From: a virus
IMG/VR virus record: IMGVR_UViG_3300046369_001149
Coordinates: 4,800-68,799 of that record
DNA length: 64,000 nucleotides
Direction: 5' to 3' (one strand)
The position numbers and the translations under genes are program-made. Below are positions 1 to 9,500 of this stretch, piece after piece. Each line of letters opens with the position of its first letter. Within the stretch, counting starts at the first letter, position 1. The notes under the pieces are model-generated. The model had not been told where the DNA came from. It worked only from the letters and a program-made list of their open reading frames with translations, and ran no database searches.

Positions 1-2
1 AT

Positions 3-221
3 TTAATACTTGATGAAGAAGGAACTTTTGGTCAATGGTCAAGAGGTATTAAAATCAAAAATAAAGATGGTTATGAACATCAAATATTAGGTAATTGTGT
101 TTTTGTTAAAGCAACTCCTGATGGAGATTGGATAGGTTGGGAAAATGAAGTAGAAATGGCTGATGATATAAGGGATTATATCTACTCAATAAAACTTTTT
201 GATTTAATTGAAAAAGAATAA
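3..221 (+). CDS. 5'-truncated phage protein, DUF3846-like
   Basis: Open frame from the window edge: LILDEEG...ILGNCVFVKATPDGDW. The DEEG and G-N-x-V-F pattern resembles DUF3846. Confidence 0.45.
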   Translation, partial: LILDEEGTFGQWSRGIKIKNKDGYEHQILGNCVFVKATPDGDWIGWENEVEMADDIRDYIYSIKLFDLIEKE

Positions 222-241
222 GTTTAATAATTTAGAAAAAC

Positions 242-276
242 TAAAGCATTATGCTCAATCAATGCGTAATGCTTTA
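242..276. promoter_or_regulatory. inverted repeat (operator or hairpin) upstream of HTH gene
   Basis: taaagcattatgc-N9-gcgtaatgcttta, 13-bp arms with one G-T pair. Confidence 0.4.
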
Positions 277-299
277 TCATTTAATAATAATAAAAAGAA

Positions 300-521
300 A
301 TGGCAAAAATCGAAATCGAAGTTACGAAAATCAATAAAATCCTCATTGAAAGAGGATTAACACAAACTGATTTGTATGAACTAATTAAGTCCAATGGGAA
401 TGAAATTGGTAAAGATAGAATCAATAGGATTGTGAATGGTAAATTAACTAATTACCATACTAATACTGCAAAAATTTTAGCAACCGCTTTAGATGTTTCT
501 TTAGATGATATAGTTGATTAA
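300..521 (+). CDS. Cro/C1-type (XRE) HTH regulator
   Basis: ERGLTQTDL...INRIVNG...KILATALDVSLDDI. Confidence 0.85.
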   Translation: MAKIEIEVTKINKILIERGLTQTDLYELIKSNGNEIGKDRINRIVNGKLTNYHTNTAKILATALDVSLDDIVD

Positions 522-526
522 AGTCA

Positions 527-1150
527 ATGCTTATAAAATTCTTGAATATATTATATAAGAAGCCGAAAGATTATCAGATTTTTTGGTTGTATATTTTAGG
601 TCAAATTATTGATGGTAAACAATCTTTTGTTTCAATCAATGAATTGAAAAAAGTATTTGGATTTAATAAAACTAAATTTTATAGAATATTACGTTTTGGC
701 TTACCTTTTTTTAATAAAAAAAACAATGGAGTTTTTATTGATTCAAACAATGGTATTTTAATTATTGAAGTTATTAGAAATTCAAATAAAGTTCAAGAGA
801 AAAAACCTATTGAAAATAATAAGGAAATAATTAGAAATGTAATTGAATTTTTAAATAGTAAAACCAATAAAAACTTTACCACAAAAAGTAGTAAAACAAT
901 TAGTTGTATTAATTCAAGAATAAAGGAAGGTTTTATTGAAAATGATTTTATAAAAGTAATTGAAATTAAAACTGAAAAATGGTTAGGTACTTCAATGGAA
1001 GAATATTTAAGACCCATAACTTTATTTGGTAATAAATTTGATAGTTATTTAAATGAAACAAACAAAATAAATAAAGGGAATGAAAGGTTTGCAAAAACAC
1101 AATCCGCAGTTGATAAAGCTAAACAAGTCGATTGGTTCAATCAAGGGTAG
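527..1150 (+). CDS. replication initiator with conserved phage C-terminal domain (Phg_2220_C-like)
   Basis: N-terminal wHTH-like region; C-terminal IEFLNSKT..F...I..R..EGF...DF..VI..K...W....YLRP.TLFG.KF.SYLNE. Confidence 0.8.
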   Translation: MLIKFLNILYKKPKDYQIFWLYILGQIIDGKQSFVSINELKKVFGFNKTKFYRILRFGLPFFNKKNNGVFIDSNNGILIIEVIRNSNKVQEKKPIENNKEIIRNVIEFLNSKTNKNFTTKSSKTISCINSRIKEGFIENDFIKVIEIKTEKWLGTSMEEYLRPITLFGNKFDSYLNETNKINKGNERFAKTQSAVDKAKQVDWFNQG

Positions 1151-1916
1151 ATTTAGTAAAGATAAAATTGAAATATATCAAGCGTATTATTCATTAAAAC
1201 GAATAAAACAATTTCAATCAAATGATGAATTAAAACCATTGATTGATTTAATTGGTAAATGGAGATTCTATATTGGTGTTAAAGAGGAATTAAGTCAAGA
1301 GGAGTTATTTATGAATGTAAACTTCATAAGAGAAAACTTTTCTGAATTGAATTTAGTTGATATTAATCAAGCAATTAACCTATCTATTAAAGGTACATTA
1401 AATATTGATGTAGAGCATTATCAAAGTTTTACTCCCTTGTATATTTCTAAAATATTAAATGCTTATAAAAAGTATAAAGGTGAAGTTATATTTGGTATTA
1501 GAGATACAATTAATAAAATTGATAATAAACCTAAAGAAATTTCAATTCAAGACCGAATTGCTTTAACAAGGGGAAGTTTAAGTGTTTTATATGAAAAACG
1601 TAATGATAATAATTTTTATGATTATGGTAATGTTACTTATGATTTCATTAAAAAAAACAACTTATATCCAATAACAAAAGAGTTGGTAGAACAAGCTATG
1701 GTTTATGGCAAAAAACAAGTTGCTTCATCAATTAAAGATTCAGCAATTACTGATGCATTAAACAATACAAATAAATTTGTAAAAGATGCAAGACAAAAAA
1801 AGGAATTTAATATAAGACAAAATGCGAGAAATTATGTAGTTATTCAATGGCTTAAATCATTTGAGCAAAAACAATTTGACGAATTTTTAAAAACAATTAA
1901 TGAAAAAATGATATAA
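1080..1916 (+). CDS. hypothetical protein, possible helicase loader/replication partner
   Basis: Long ORF directly after the initiator; start uncertain; function from position only. Confidence 0.4.
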   Translation: MKGLQKHNPQLIKLNKSIGSIKGRFSKDKIEIYQAYYSLKRIKQFQSNDELKPLIDLIGKWRFYIGVKEELSQEELFMNVNFIRENFSELNLVDINQAINLSIKGTLNIDVEHYQSFTPLYISKILNAYKKYKGEVIFGIRDTINKIDNKPKEISIQDRIALTRGSLSVLYEKRNDNNFYDYGNVTYDFIKKNNLYPITKELVEQAMVYGKKQVASSIKDSAITDALNNTNKFVKDARQKKEFNIRQNARNYVVIQWLKSFEQKQFDEFLKTINEKMI

Positions 1917-1949
1917 ATTTATTATTTTTGTAAATAACAATTATTCTTT

Positions 1950-2312
1950 ATGACAATAGAAGCTAAAATTTTCGACCTCAACATTCAAGATAAAATAGTA
2001 GAGGTTGTAGTACGCAAAAAAAAGGGAGATAGGATTTTTCCAATATGTTTTATTGGTTTTTCAAAAACAATACAATCTGTTAGAGATTTAGGTATCGAAA
2101 AAACTGATAAGATTAAATTAGGTTACACCCTTTCAAGTAAAAAATATACTGATAAAAACGGAATAGAAAGATACTCTACTTCTGCTATCATTGATTGGAT
2201 TGAACTTATAGAGAAAAACGCATCTACTCAAACAGAAGTAATTTTTGTTGAAAAAGAAACGGGTGAAATTTTAGAAGATGCTGACATTATTGACGATAAC
2301 TCTCCTTTTTAG
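1950..2312 (+). CDS. putative single-stranded DNA-binding protein
   Basis: OB-like beta pattern, KKYTDKNGIERYST, acidic tail ending DDNSPF. Confidence 0.6.
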   Translation: MTIEAKIFDLNIQDKIVEVVVRKKKGDRIFPICFIGFSKTIQSVRDLGIEKTDKIKLGYTLSSKKYTDKNGIERYSTSAIIDWIELIEKNASTQTEVIFVEKETGEILEDADIIDDNSPF

Positions 2313-2460
2313 AAAATTTAAAAAACAAATCAAGGATGGAATATGTAGATTATGGAAATCCCGCATACGATGATGATTATGAGAATGAATGTATGCATTG
2401 TGGTAAACCGATAGAGAAAAAAGGTTATTGTAGTAATAATTGTTTTGATGCGGATATGTT

Positions 2461-3078
2461 ATGAGGTTTGCAGTTGGTATTCCCACTATAAATCGTGCTG
2501 ATTTATTAAATGAATCATTAGAAAAATATTTTTTTGATTTTCCCAATGCTGATATTTTTATTTTAGACAACGGGAATCAAGAAATAATAAAAAGAAAAGA
2601 AAATTTTAAAATATTTAGAACCAATAAAAATTTTGGTGTTGCAAAATCTTGGAATTTTTTATGCAAACAAGCGTACAAAACTGTTGATTATATTTTAATG
2701 TTAAACGATGATATATATTTGGGAAAAAATCAAAAGGATATTTATAAATTTATTAAACGCACTTCATTTGATTTGGTACACGGGGAAAAGCATTTGTGTT
2801 CTTATATACTTCCGAAACGCATTTTCAAGGAATTTGTATTTGACGAAAATTTTTATCCCGCATACTTTGAAGATAATGACTTTAAATATAGATTATTACT
2901 TAAAAAGAAAAAAATAACCTCATCAAGTTTCTTAAACCCTGAAATTTATAGAAATTCACAAACTATAATGAAAGACCGAAGTTTAAATGATAAGTTTATG
3001 GATAATCAAGAATACTATATTAGCAAATGGGGTGGATTACCCAACGAAGAAAAATATATAAAACCATTTAACGAGTAA
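2461..3078 (+). CDS. glycosyltransferase family 2
   Basis: VGIPTINR, ILDNG, NFGVAKSWN, LMLNDD, FDENFYPAYFEDNDF. Confidence 0.85.
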   Translation: MRFAVGIPTINRADLLNESLEKYFFDFPNADIFILDNGNQEIIKRKENFKIFRTNKNFGVAKSWNFLCKQAYKTVDYILMLNDDIYLGKNQKDIYKFIKRTSFDLVHGEKHLCSYILPKRIFKEFVFDENFYPAYFEDNDFKYRLLLKKKKITSSSFLNPEIYRNSQTIMKDRSLNDKFMDNQEYYISKWGGLPNEEKYIKPFNE

Positions 3079-3080
3079 AT

Positions 3081-3296
3081 ATGAAAGAAATTTTAGATTA
3101 TATAGAACAATCGGCTATTTTGCAAAGAAATAAGGCATTATTATCTTTAACTTTGCTTTATAATAAATCAGTTGGTATTGGCGACCATTCAACAGAGGAC
3201 TATTATAGAAATATAGATGAAGCATTTGATATGTTTTGTCAATCAGAAGAAAAATTAGAAAATTTGAAAAAACTCAAAGACATTTTAAAAGATTAA
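3081..3296 (+). CDS. hypothetical phage protein
   Basis: VGIGDHS motif typical of small phage proteins; in operon. Confidence 0.55.
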   Translation: MKEILDYIEQSAILQRNKALLSLTLLYNKSVGIGDHSTEDYYRNIDEAFDMFCQSEEKLENLKKLKDILKD

Positions 3297-3299
3297 TAT

Positions 3300-3794
3300 A
3301 TGCCGAGTGTTGAAGATATACTGAATAATATACGGACAAATCAAGGAGATTTATACGGACAACTTTTGTTTATTGAAAGATTAATAAAACAATACAATTT
3401 AAAAACTGTTTTTATTAATTATGAAAACGAAGGTTTCTTATGTAGTTACATTAAAAATAATTTTTCTAAAATATCTTTTAACTCTATCAATGAAAAACAC
3501 TTTGGGGAATTTGGTAATTTTGATAATATTAAATTTATAAATAAACCATTTGAAAAAGTAAACATACGAGAATATGATTTGATGCATATAAACTGCAATC
3601 ATAATTTTGAAGATTGGACTTCATACATAAAAAGAATAATAAAAGACGACCCACAATTTATCGTGCTTTCAAATACTAAATTAAACCCTACACAAACAGA
3701 ACAGATTATTAAGTGCATCTATAAAAAGAAATATGAGATTATAAAAATCTTTAAAGATTATTATGGGTGTGTAGTATTTAAACTTGTAAAATAA
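3300..3794 (+). CDS. possible degenerate class I methyltransferase
   Basis: YDLMHIN..H...and FIVLSNT resemble Methyltransf_24-like motifs; SAM motif is poor. Confidence 0.35.
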   Translation: MPSVEDILNNIRTNQGDLYGQLLFIERLIKQYNLKTVFINYENEGFLCSYIKNNFSKISFNSINEKHFGEFGNFDNIKFINKPFEKVNIREYDLMHINCNHNFEDWTSYIKRIIKDDPQFIVLSNTKLNPTQTEQIIKCIYKKKYEIIKIFKDYYGCVVFKLVK

Positions 3795-3800
3795 TATGTT

Positions 3801-4016
3801 ATGAATAAATTAAAAAACCTTAAAGAGTGGAAAACAACTTTAATTGGATTAGTATGCTATGCAGTATCGTTTTACTATTTGATAGAGGTTGAAAATCACA
3901 ATATGTATGTATTTACCATTTTACTAATTTTCGCAACGCTTATGCTTTTTTCTGCGGACAGTTTAGTGGGTTCATTAACTAACTTTTTAAAAAATAACGA
4001 GGACAAAAAATTATAG
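3801..4016 (+). CDS. putative holin
   Basis: 71 aa, WKTTLIG, two TM helices, charged tail. Confidence 0.5.
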   Translation: MNKLKNLKEWKTTLIGLVCYAVSFYYLIEVENHNMYVFTILLIFATLMLFSADSLVGSLTNFLKNNEDKKL

Positions 4017-4018
4017 GG

Positions 4019-4699
4019 ATGATTTATATATCAAAGCGATTAATACAGAAGTTTTATAAGAATTGGTTTTATGTTTTACTTATTTTTTTGGTCGTTCAAA
4101 CAGTTGATTCGTGTGAAGGTCATAAAAAAATTGAATCCTTAAATTCTGTTATTCGTAATCTTGATATTGAAAACCAAAAATTTAAAACTGACTTTAACAA
4201 AAAAAATGAAAAGGTTACAAGTCAAGCACAAATAATAATTTCTCAAAAAGAAGCTATTAAAAACGGATTAATTGAAATAAACAAACTCAAAAAAATAAAA
4301 TCTAAAGTAAAGATTGTTACTCAAACAAAAGTAGATACTGTTTACATCGAGTATTACAAAACAGTAATTGATTCTCTTAATGAAAAACCTTTTGATTATA
4401 AAAATTATTTTGACTATAAAGAACCTAAAGGGTGGTATTCAATTAGTGGATATGCAACAAATCTTGGAATAGGAATAGATAGTTTAAGGATTAAAAATGA
4501 TTTTTCGATTTATATAGCTGACAAAAAATTAAACATTTTTGGAAAATCAAATCCCGAAGTTATACTACTTAATAAAAATCCCTACACAGAAACTATAAAG
4601 ATGCACAATATCGTTATAAGATACGAACAACCTTTTTACAACAATAAATATTTGTGGGCGGGTTTAGGATTTGTGGGCGGTGTGCTTCTTGCCAAATAA
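4019..4699 (+). CDS. membrane-anchored coiled-coil protein (spanin/DUF6549-like)
   Basis: N-terminal TM, coiled coil, DTVY motif, NKNPY, C-terminal hydrophobic tail. Confidence 0.45.
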   Translation: MIYISKRLIQKFYKNWFYVLLIFLVVQTVDSCEGHKKIESLNSVIRNLDIENQKFKTDFNKKNEKVTSQAQIIISQKEAIKNGLIEINKLKKIKSKVKIVTQTKVDTVYIEYYKTVIDSLNEKPFDYKNYFDYKEPKGWYSISGYATNLGIGIDSLRIKNDFSIYIADKKLNIFGKSNPEVILLNKNPYTETIKMHNIVIRYEQPFYNNKYLWAGLGFVGGVLLAK

Positions 4700-4704
4700 C
4701 ACAA

Positions 4705-5928
4705 ATGAAGAAAAAATTTATAAACCTATTATATTACGGAGATTTTGACTGTACAACGGGCTTTGGAATGGTGTCAAAAAACTTAATTGATACTTGGTCA
4801 AGTGCTTTAAAAGATAATGGTCTAATTAGCGTCTTTGCAACAAATAATTACAAAACCGAAGCATATAACTATAAAGATAATGTTTATGTAATTCCCGCTA
4901 TGAATACAAGAGAACAAGGGGATGATGATATATATGCAAGAAAATCATTTTTAAAATTATTGTACAATGGTAAGTACACGCATCTTTTTTGTTTAAATGA
5001 TATTGAAGTTATAAATGCTTTAAAGCCACATTTGGAAGAAATAAAAAAGCAAAAAAGAATAGCAAACAAACCAAGTTTTAAATCTTTAATATATTTTCCT
5101 ATTGATTCAACAGTAAGGGAAAAAGATGTAGATGTTCTTTCGTTTTTCGATAAGAGTTTTACTTATACTGAATATGCAAGAGAAATTTTAAAACCTCTTT
5201 TATCAAATTCAACTTATAAGAAATTATCAGTTATACCTCACGGAACAAACACAAAAGAATTTTATCCTATTGAAGAAAAAAAAGAATTAAAACATAAATA
5301 CTTTTCATCGATTACCGATGATTATTTTATTTTTGGTAGTGTAAATAGAAATTCTGCCCGTAAAGATTATGGAACTCTTTTATATTGTTTTGCTGAATTT
5401 AAAAAGCAAAATCCTAAATGTATTATTTATTTACATTGTAATCCAAAAGACCCATTTGGAATTGATATAGAGAGATTGTGTGAAAGATTAGAACTTGAAA
5501 TAGGTAAAGACGTTTGGCTACCTAATAACTACAATGAGAATAAAGGTTTTGATATAACTGAATTAAACGAAATTTACAATACGTTTGACTGCTATATAAC
5601 AACTACAACTGCGGAAGGTTGGGGATTGACTGTAACGGAAGCTATGGCAACTAAAACACCCGTTATATGCCCCATACATACATCTTTAACAGAAATTACA
5701 AATAATGGAGAGTTAGTTATCCCAATAAACATACTGCACCCTATTGTTTACACAAAGGATTACGAAAAAATACGTTTTAAATCAGATATTGGAAACGTAA
5801 TAAGGGCTATGGAATTTGCGTTAAATAAAGACAAAAAAAATTTAGCCACCCTATCATACGATAAGGTGGTAAAATTAAATTGGAAAAATATCTCTTTAAA
5901 ATTTTTAGAAACTATAAAGAGAATTTAA
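4705..5928 (+). CDS. glycosyltransferase family 4 (GT-B)
   Basis: TTGFG, IPHG, VNRNSARKD, EGWGLTVTEAMA; start reassigned to ATG 4705. Confidence 0.9.
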   Translation: MKKKFINLLYYGDFDCTTGFGMVSKNLIDTWSSALKDNGLISVFATNNYKTEAYNYKDNVYVIPAMNTREQGDDDIYARKSFLKLLYNGKYTHLFCLNDIEVINALKPHLEEIKKQKRIANKPSFKSLIYFPIDSTVREKDVDVLSFFDKSFTYTEYAREILKPLLSNSTYKKLSVIPHGTNTKEFYPIEEKKELKHKYFSSITDDYFIFGSVNRNSARKDYGTLLYCFAEFKKQNPKCIIYLHCNPKDPFGIDIERLCERLELEIGKDVWLPNNYNENKGFDITELNEIYNTFDCYITTTTAEGWGLTVTEAMATKTPVICPIHTSLTEITNNGELVIPINILHPIVYTKDYEKIRFKSDIGNVIRAMEFALNKDKKNLATLSYDKVVKLNWKNISLKFLETIKRI

Positions 5929-5929
5929 A

Positions 5930-6028
5930 TTACTTTACTTTATAAGCGATAAAAACGAGTAGTGCAATTTGAATTACATTATGCACATTGTTTCCGCCTA
6001 AAAAATCTGGACTTTTAATATCAAACAT
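5930..6028 (-). CDS. 32-aa membrane micropeptide
   Basis: MFDIKSPDFLGGNNVHNVIQIALLVFIAYKVK, with its own TATTTTTG box at 6072-6079 (minus). Confidence 0.5.
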   Translation of the reverse strand: MFDIKSPDFLGGNNVHNVIQIALLVFIAYKVK

Positions 6029-6133
6029 AAGTTTTGATTTTAGATTATTAAAAAATTATTATTCTTTGCAACAAAAATACCTATTTTTATTATCTTTACA
6101 AATAAAATTGCTAATAACGACTAAAAGCAATAA

Positions 6134-6472
6134 ATGAGAAAGAAAATAGAAAACTATAAAAGATTGGAAAGAAAGATTGGCATACTTGAAGAATTATACG
6201 AAAGAGAATATATAGATTCAAACGAAAACATTGTTTTAGCTGATGGGTTTGAGAACGCAATAATTGGTGTTGCTGATTCTGTTCCTAAAAAAATAGTTTA
6301 TGATTATTGGGTTTGTTTAGATATTCTTATTAAATCTGATATGGATTTAGATTTTGATACTGCCCTTGAATGGTTAGATGCTTTTTCTCTTATAAATGAA
6401 AAAAAAGGTAAAAACTTTCCCGTTTTTGTTAAAACACTAAAACCTAAATTAAATTACTCACCTGACAATTAA
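6134..6472 (+). CDS. conserved hypothetical phage protein
   Basis: ADGFENAIIG...VYD...P.F motif common in phages. Confidence 0.6.
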   Translation: MRKKIENYKRLERKIGILEELYEREYIDSNENIVLADGFENAIIGVADSVPKKIVYDYWVCLDILIKSDMDLDFDTALEWLDAFSLINEKKGKNFPVFVKTLKPKLNYSPDN

Positions 6473-6523
6473 ATACAATAATTTTATTGCAAAAAATAAT
6501 TTTATTTTTTTTAATTATTTTTT

Positions 6524-6531
6524 TATATTTG
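6524..6531 (+). promoter_or_regulatory. Bacteroidota-type -7 promoter element
   Basis: TATATTTG (TAnnTTTG) 25 nt before ATG 6556. Confidence 0.6.
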
Positions 6532-6555
6532 TAAGTTGTCTTTAAAGAATATTCT

Positions 6556-9500
6556 ATGGCTACTTGGAAAGAAAAATACAATAAGAAATACGGGTATGAA
6601 AAATCTAAATCAAACTCACTTTCCGACATTGCTAAAGATACGGGGATAAGCAAAAGAGGGCTTCAACAAATTTATAATAAAGGAATTGGTGCATATAAAA
6701 CCAATCCACAATCTGTACGACCAAACGTAACATCAAAAGAGCAATGGGCTATGGCTCGTGTTTATTCTGCGGTTATGGGTGGTAAAGCAAGTAAAGTAGA
6801 TGCTAAAGAACTTAAAATGCAAATGGGTGGAAAAACAGAAAAAATAAATTGGTCTGAATATTATAAACAAGGCGGTCTTACAGAAAGCATTATGTCAGAT
6901 GAAATGCAACAAAGGTTATTTGACGAAAATGGTGAAAGAAAAAATGATTTAGAATCAATAGAGGTTTTAACGGATTATGTTAATTCATTACCTCAAACAA
7001 AATCAATTTATTATAATGAATCTACTCAAAAATATAGCCCCAAAAGACAAAAACTTCACAGAGAAATTATAAACGAATTTAAAGATGATTTAATTTGCGT
7101 TGAATCAGATGAACCTATTGCAATTTTAATGGGTGGTTCTCCCGCAAGTGGCAAATCTACTTTTTTAAGAAAGTATGCACCTTATTTATTATCAGAGGAA
7201 TTATTAAGAATAGATGCTGATGAGGTAAGGTCAAAACTTCCTGAATACGAAGGTTGGAACGCATCTCAAACACATTTAGAAACTAAAGACATTGTAAACA
7301 CTTTACTTTCAGATAGAACAATCGGGCTTCCTTGTGAATTTGATTTAATTTATGATGGTACAATGAACAATACAAAATCGTATTTACCATTAATTGATTT
7401 ATTAAGAAAATTGAACTACAAGATATTTGTTGTTTACATAGATAATGTTCCAAAAGATGTCATTGTAAAAAGAGCATTAGAACGCTATAAAAAAAGTGGT
7501 CGTTTTGTTCCACTCGAAGTTATTGATGATTTCTTTGATAAAGGGAAATCAGCTTTAAACGAAATTAAAGAAAAGGTAGATGGATATATGATTGTTGATG
7601 GTGGAAGCAATGATTATAGAATTATAGAAGAAAAAGGGATTAAACTGCCACAAAATAGAGTTTATTCTCAACTTGGTTATTCTATTGATGAAGAACAATT
7701 TAATAGAAATGACTTTTATAAAGGATATTATGAAAGATTAAGCCCTTCTAATTTTGAAGTGAAACAAAAAGGCGGTAAAATACAAATCGACCTACCAAGA
7801 ATGGCAACAAGCCACGATGGTATTGATGAGGTAGATGCTATTGCAAGTGGGGTGTTTGAAAAAGGTGGAGAAACAGATTTCAACCCCGATGGTAAAATAA
7901 AAGATAAAATTGTTCACGCTTCGGGTCAAGCGGGTGGTATGCTCGTTGGAAAAAGACATAGTAAGGGTGGAATCAAAGCAATAAACAAATCTACGGGGCA
8001 ACCTCTTGAAATGGAAGGCGGTGAAGTTGTTATTACAAGAGATGCAGTTTCAGATAATAAAAAGCGAAGTTTCAATGGAAAAATGATGACTAACCGACAA
8101 ATTCTTTCAGCTATTAACGAAAGTGGTGGTGGTGTTTCATTTGCAGATGGTGGTCAAGTTCCAAACGATGTTCAATTCGACTGCAATGCCGAGTATGAAT
8201 ATGGTGGAAAAACTATGTGTGGTAAAGATTTAGCTTATGCTTTGGGTGGAGTTACAAATTATTCTAAAGATGGTAATGACGTAATAGATGTTTTTTTAGA
8301 AAAATCTCCTAATGAAAAATATTTTGGCGATTTTGATGATTTATTAGTAAACGGAAAAGTTATATCAAAAAATAAATTTAACCCATATATTAAAGATAAT
8401 ATGGTTATTCTTGATAGCGATTATGATTGGTTGGCTATTAAAAAAAACAATACTGTTGAAATTGGTTTTGGATATGGTTCAAGTGGTCTTATTGATGATA
8501 TTCAATATTTGATACAAGAAAAAGCAATACAAAATGGATTAGATGTAAAAGTTGATGTATTAAAAAGATTAGCATCAAATAATAAATATTATATTAAAAA
8601 TGGACTTATCGCATTAAATCCTAATTATGCTTTAGGTGGTGTTACAACTGCAATAGTTACCGACCCAAATGAAGCAATGGCTGATTTACAATCAACCTAT
8701 GGCTTTGGAGATGTGTATGATAAAGGCGGGGAAGTCAATGAAGCCTATGTAGATTTTATGAACAAGGACAAGGGCTTTAAAGTTGAAAGAAAATATTTTA
8801 AAACTTATAGAGATGCTGAAAAATGGGCAAGAAATGAGTTTGACAGATTTAATCCCGATATGATAGGTTATACGGAATATGAAAGACCTTTAAGCAGTTA
8901 TGCTAATGGTGGTACAACTGATGATGAAATTTTTGATAATGCAAGAGAAGAACTTGGGGAAGAATATCTTGAAAATTTAGATAAGTTTGCAGAAGGTGGT
9001 CAATTAAGTCCTGATGAATTTCCCGCTAAATTAGATGTTGAAGAAACTAAAAAACAAATCAAAGAACCGAAAATATATGAGGAAACTTTTGAGATGAAGT
9101 TTTTAAAAGATAAAATTCAAAATATGCGTAAGATTTATAATCTTAAAAAAGCAAATTTATCTGAACTTGAAAAAGGTATTGAATTAAGAAAAATAAGGAG
9201 ATTTGAAATCAAATTAGATGAACTGAAATTAGAGCAAAAAAGTTTTGATGATATTTTAGATTCTATTATAGATTCTTCATTAGTAGAATTTGGAAATATG
9301 GATATTGAAAGAAAACTTACAAAATCAAAATCAATAAATGGAAAAACATCTGAATTAACCAAAAGAGAACAAGAAGCAGTAAAAACACAAAGTTTTATAG
9401 ATTGGTTTGGAGATTGGCAATTAGCTTATGAAAATAATAATTACGAAGGTGTTTCAAAAATTATTAACCCAACAACAAAAGAACCATTAGTGGTGTATCA

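Noticed and set aside
7100-7680. Epsilon/zeta toxin-antitoxin module
   Set aside because: The zeta-like domain is embedded in a 1173-aa protein and no antitoxin gene is recognisable
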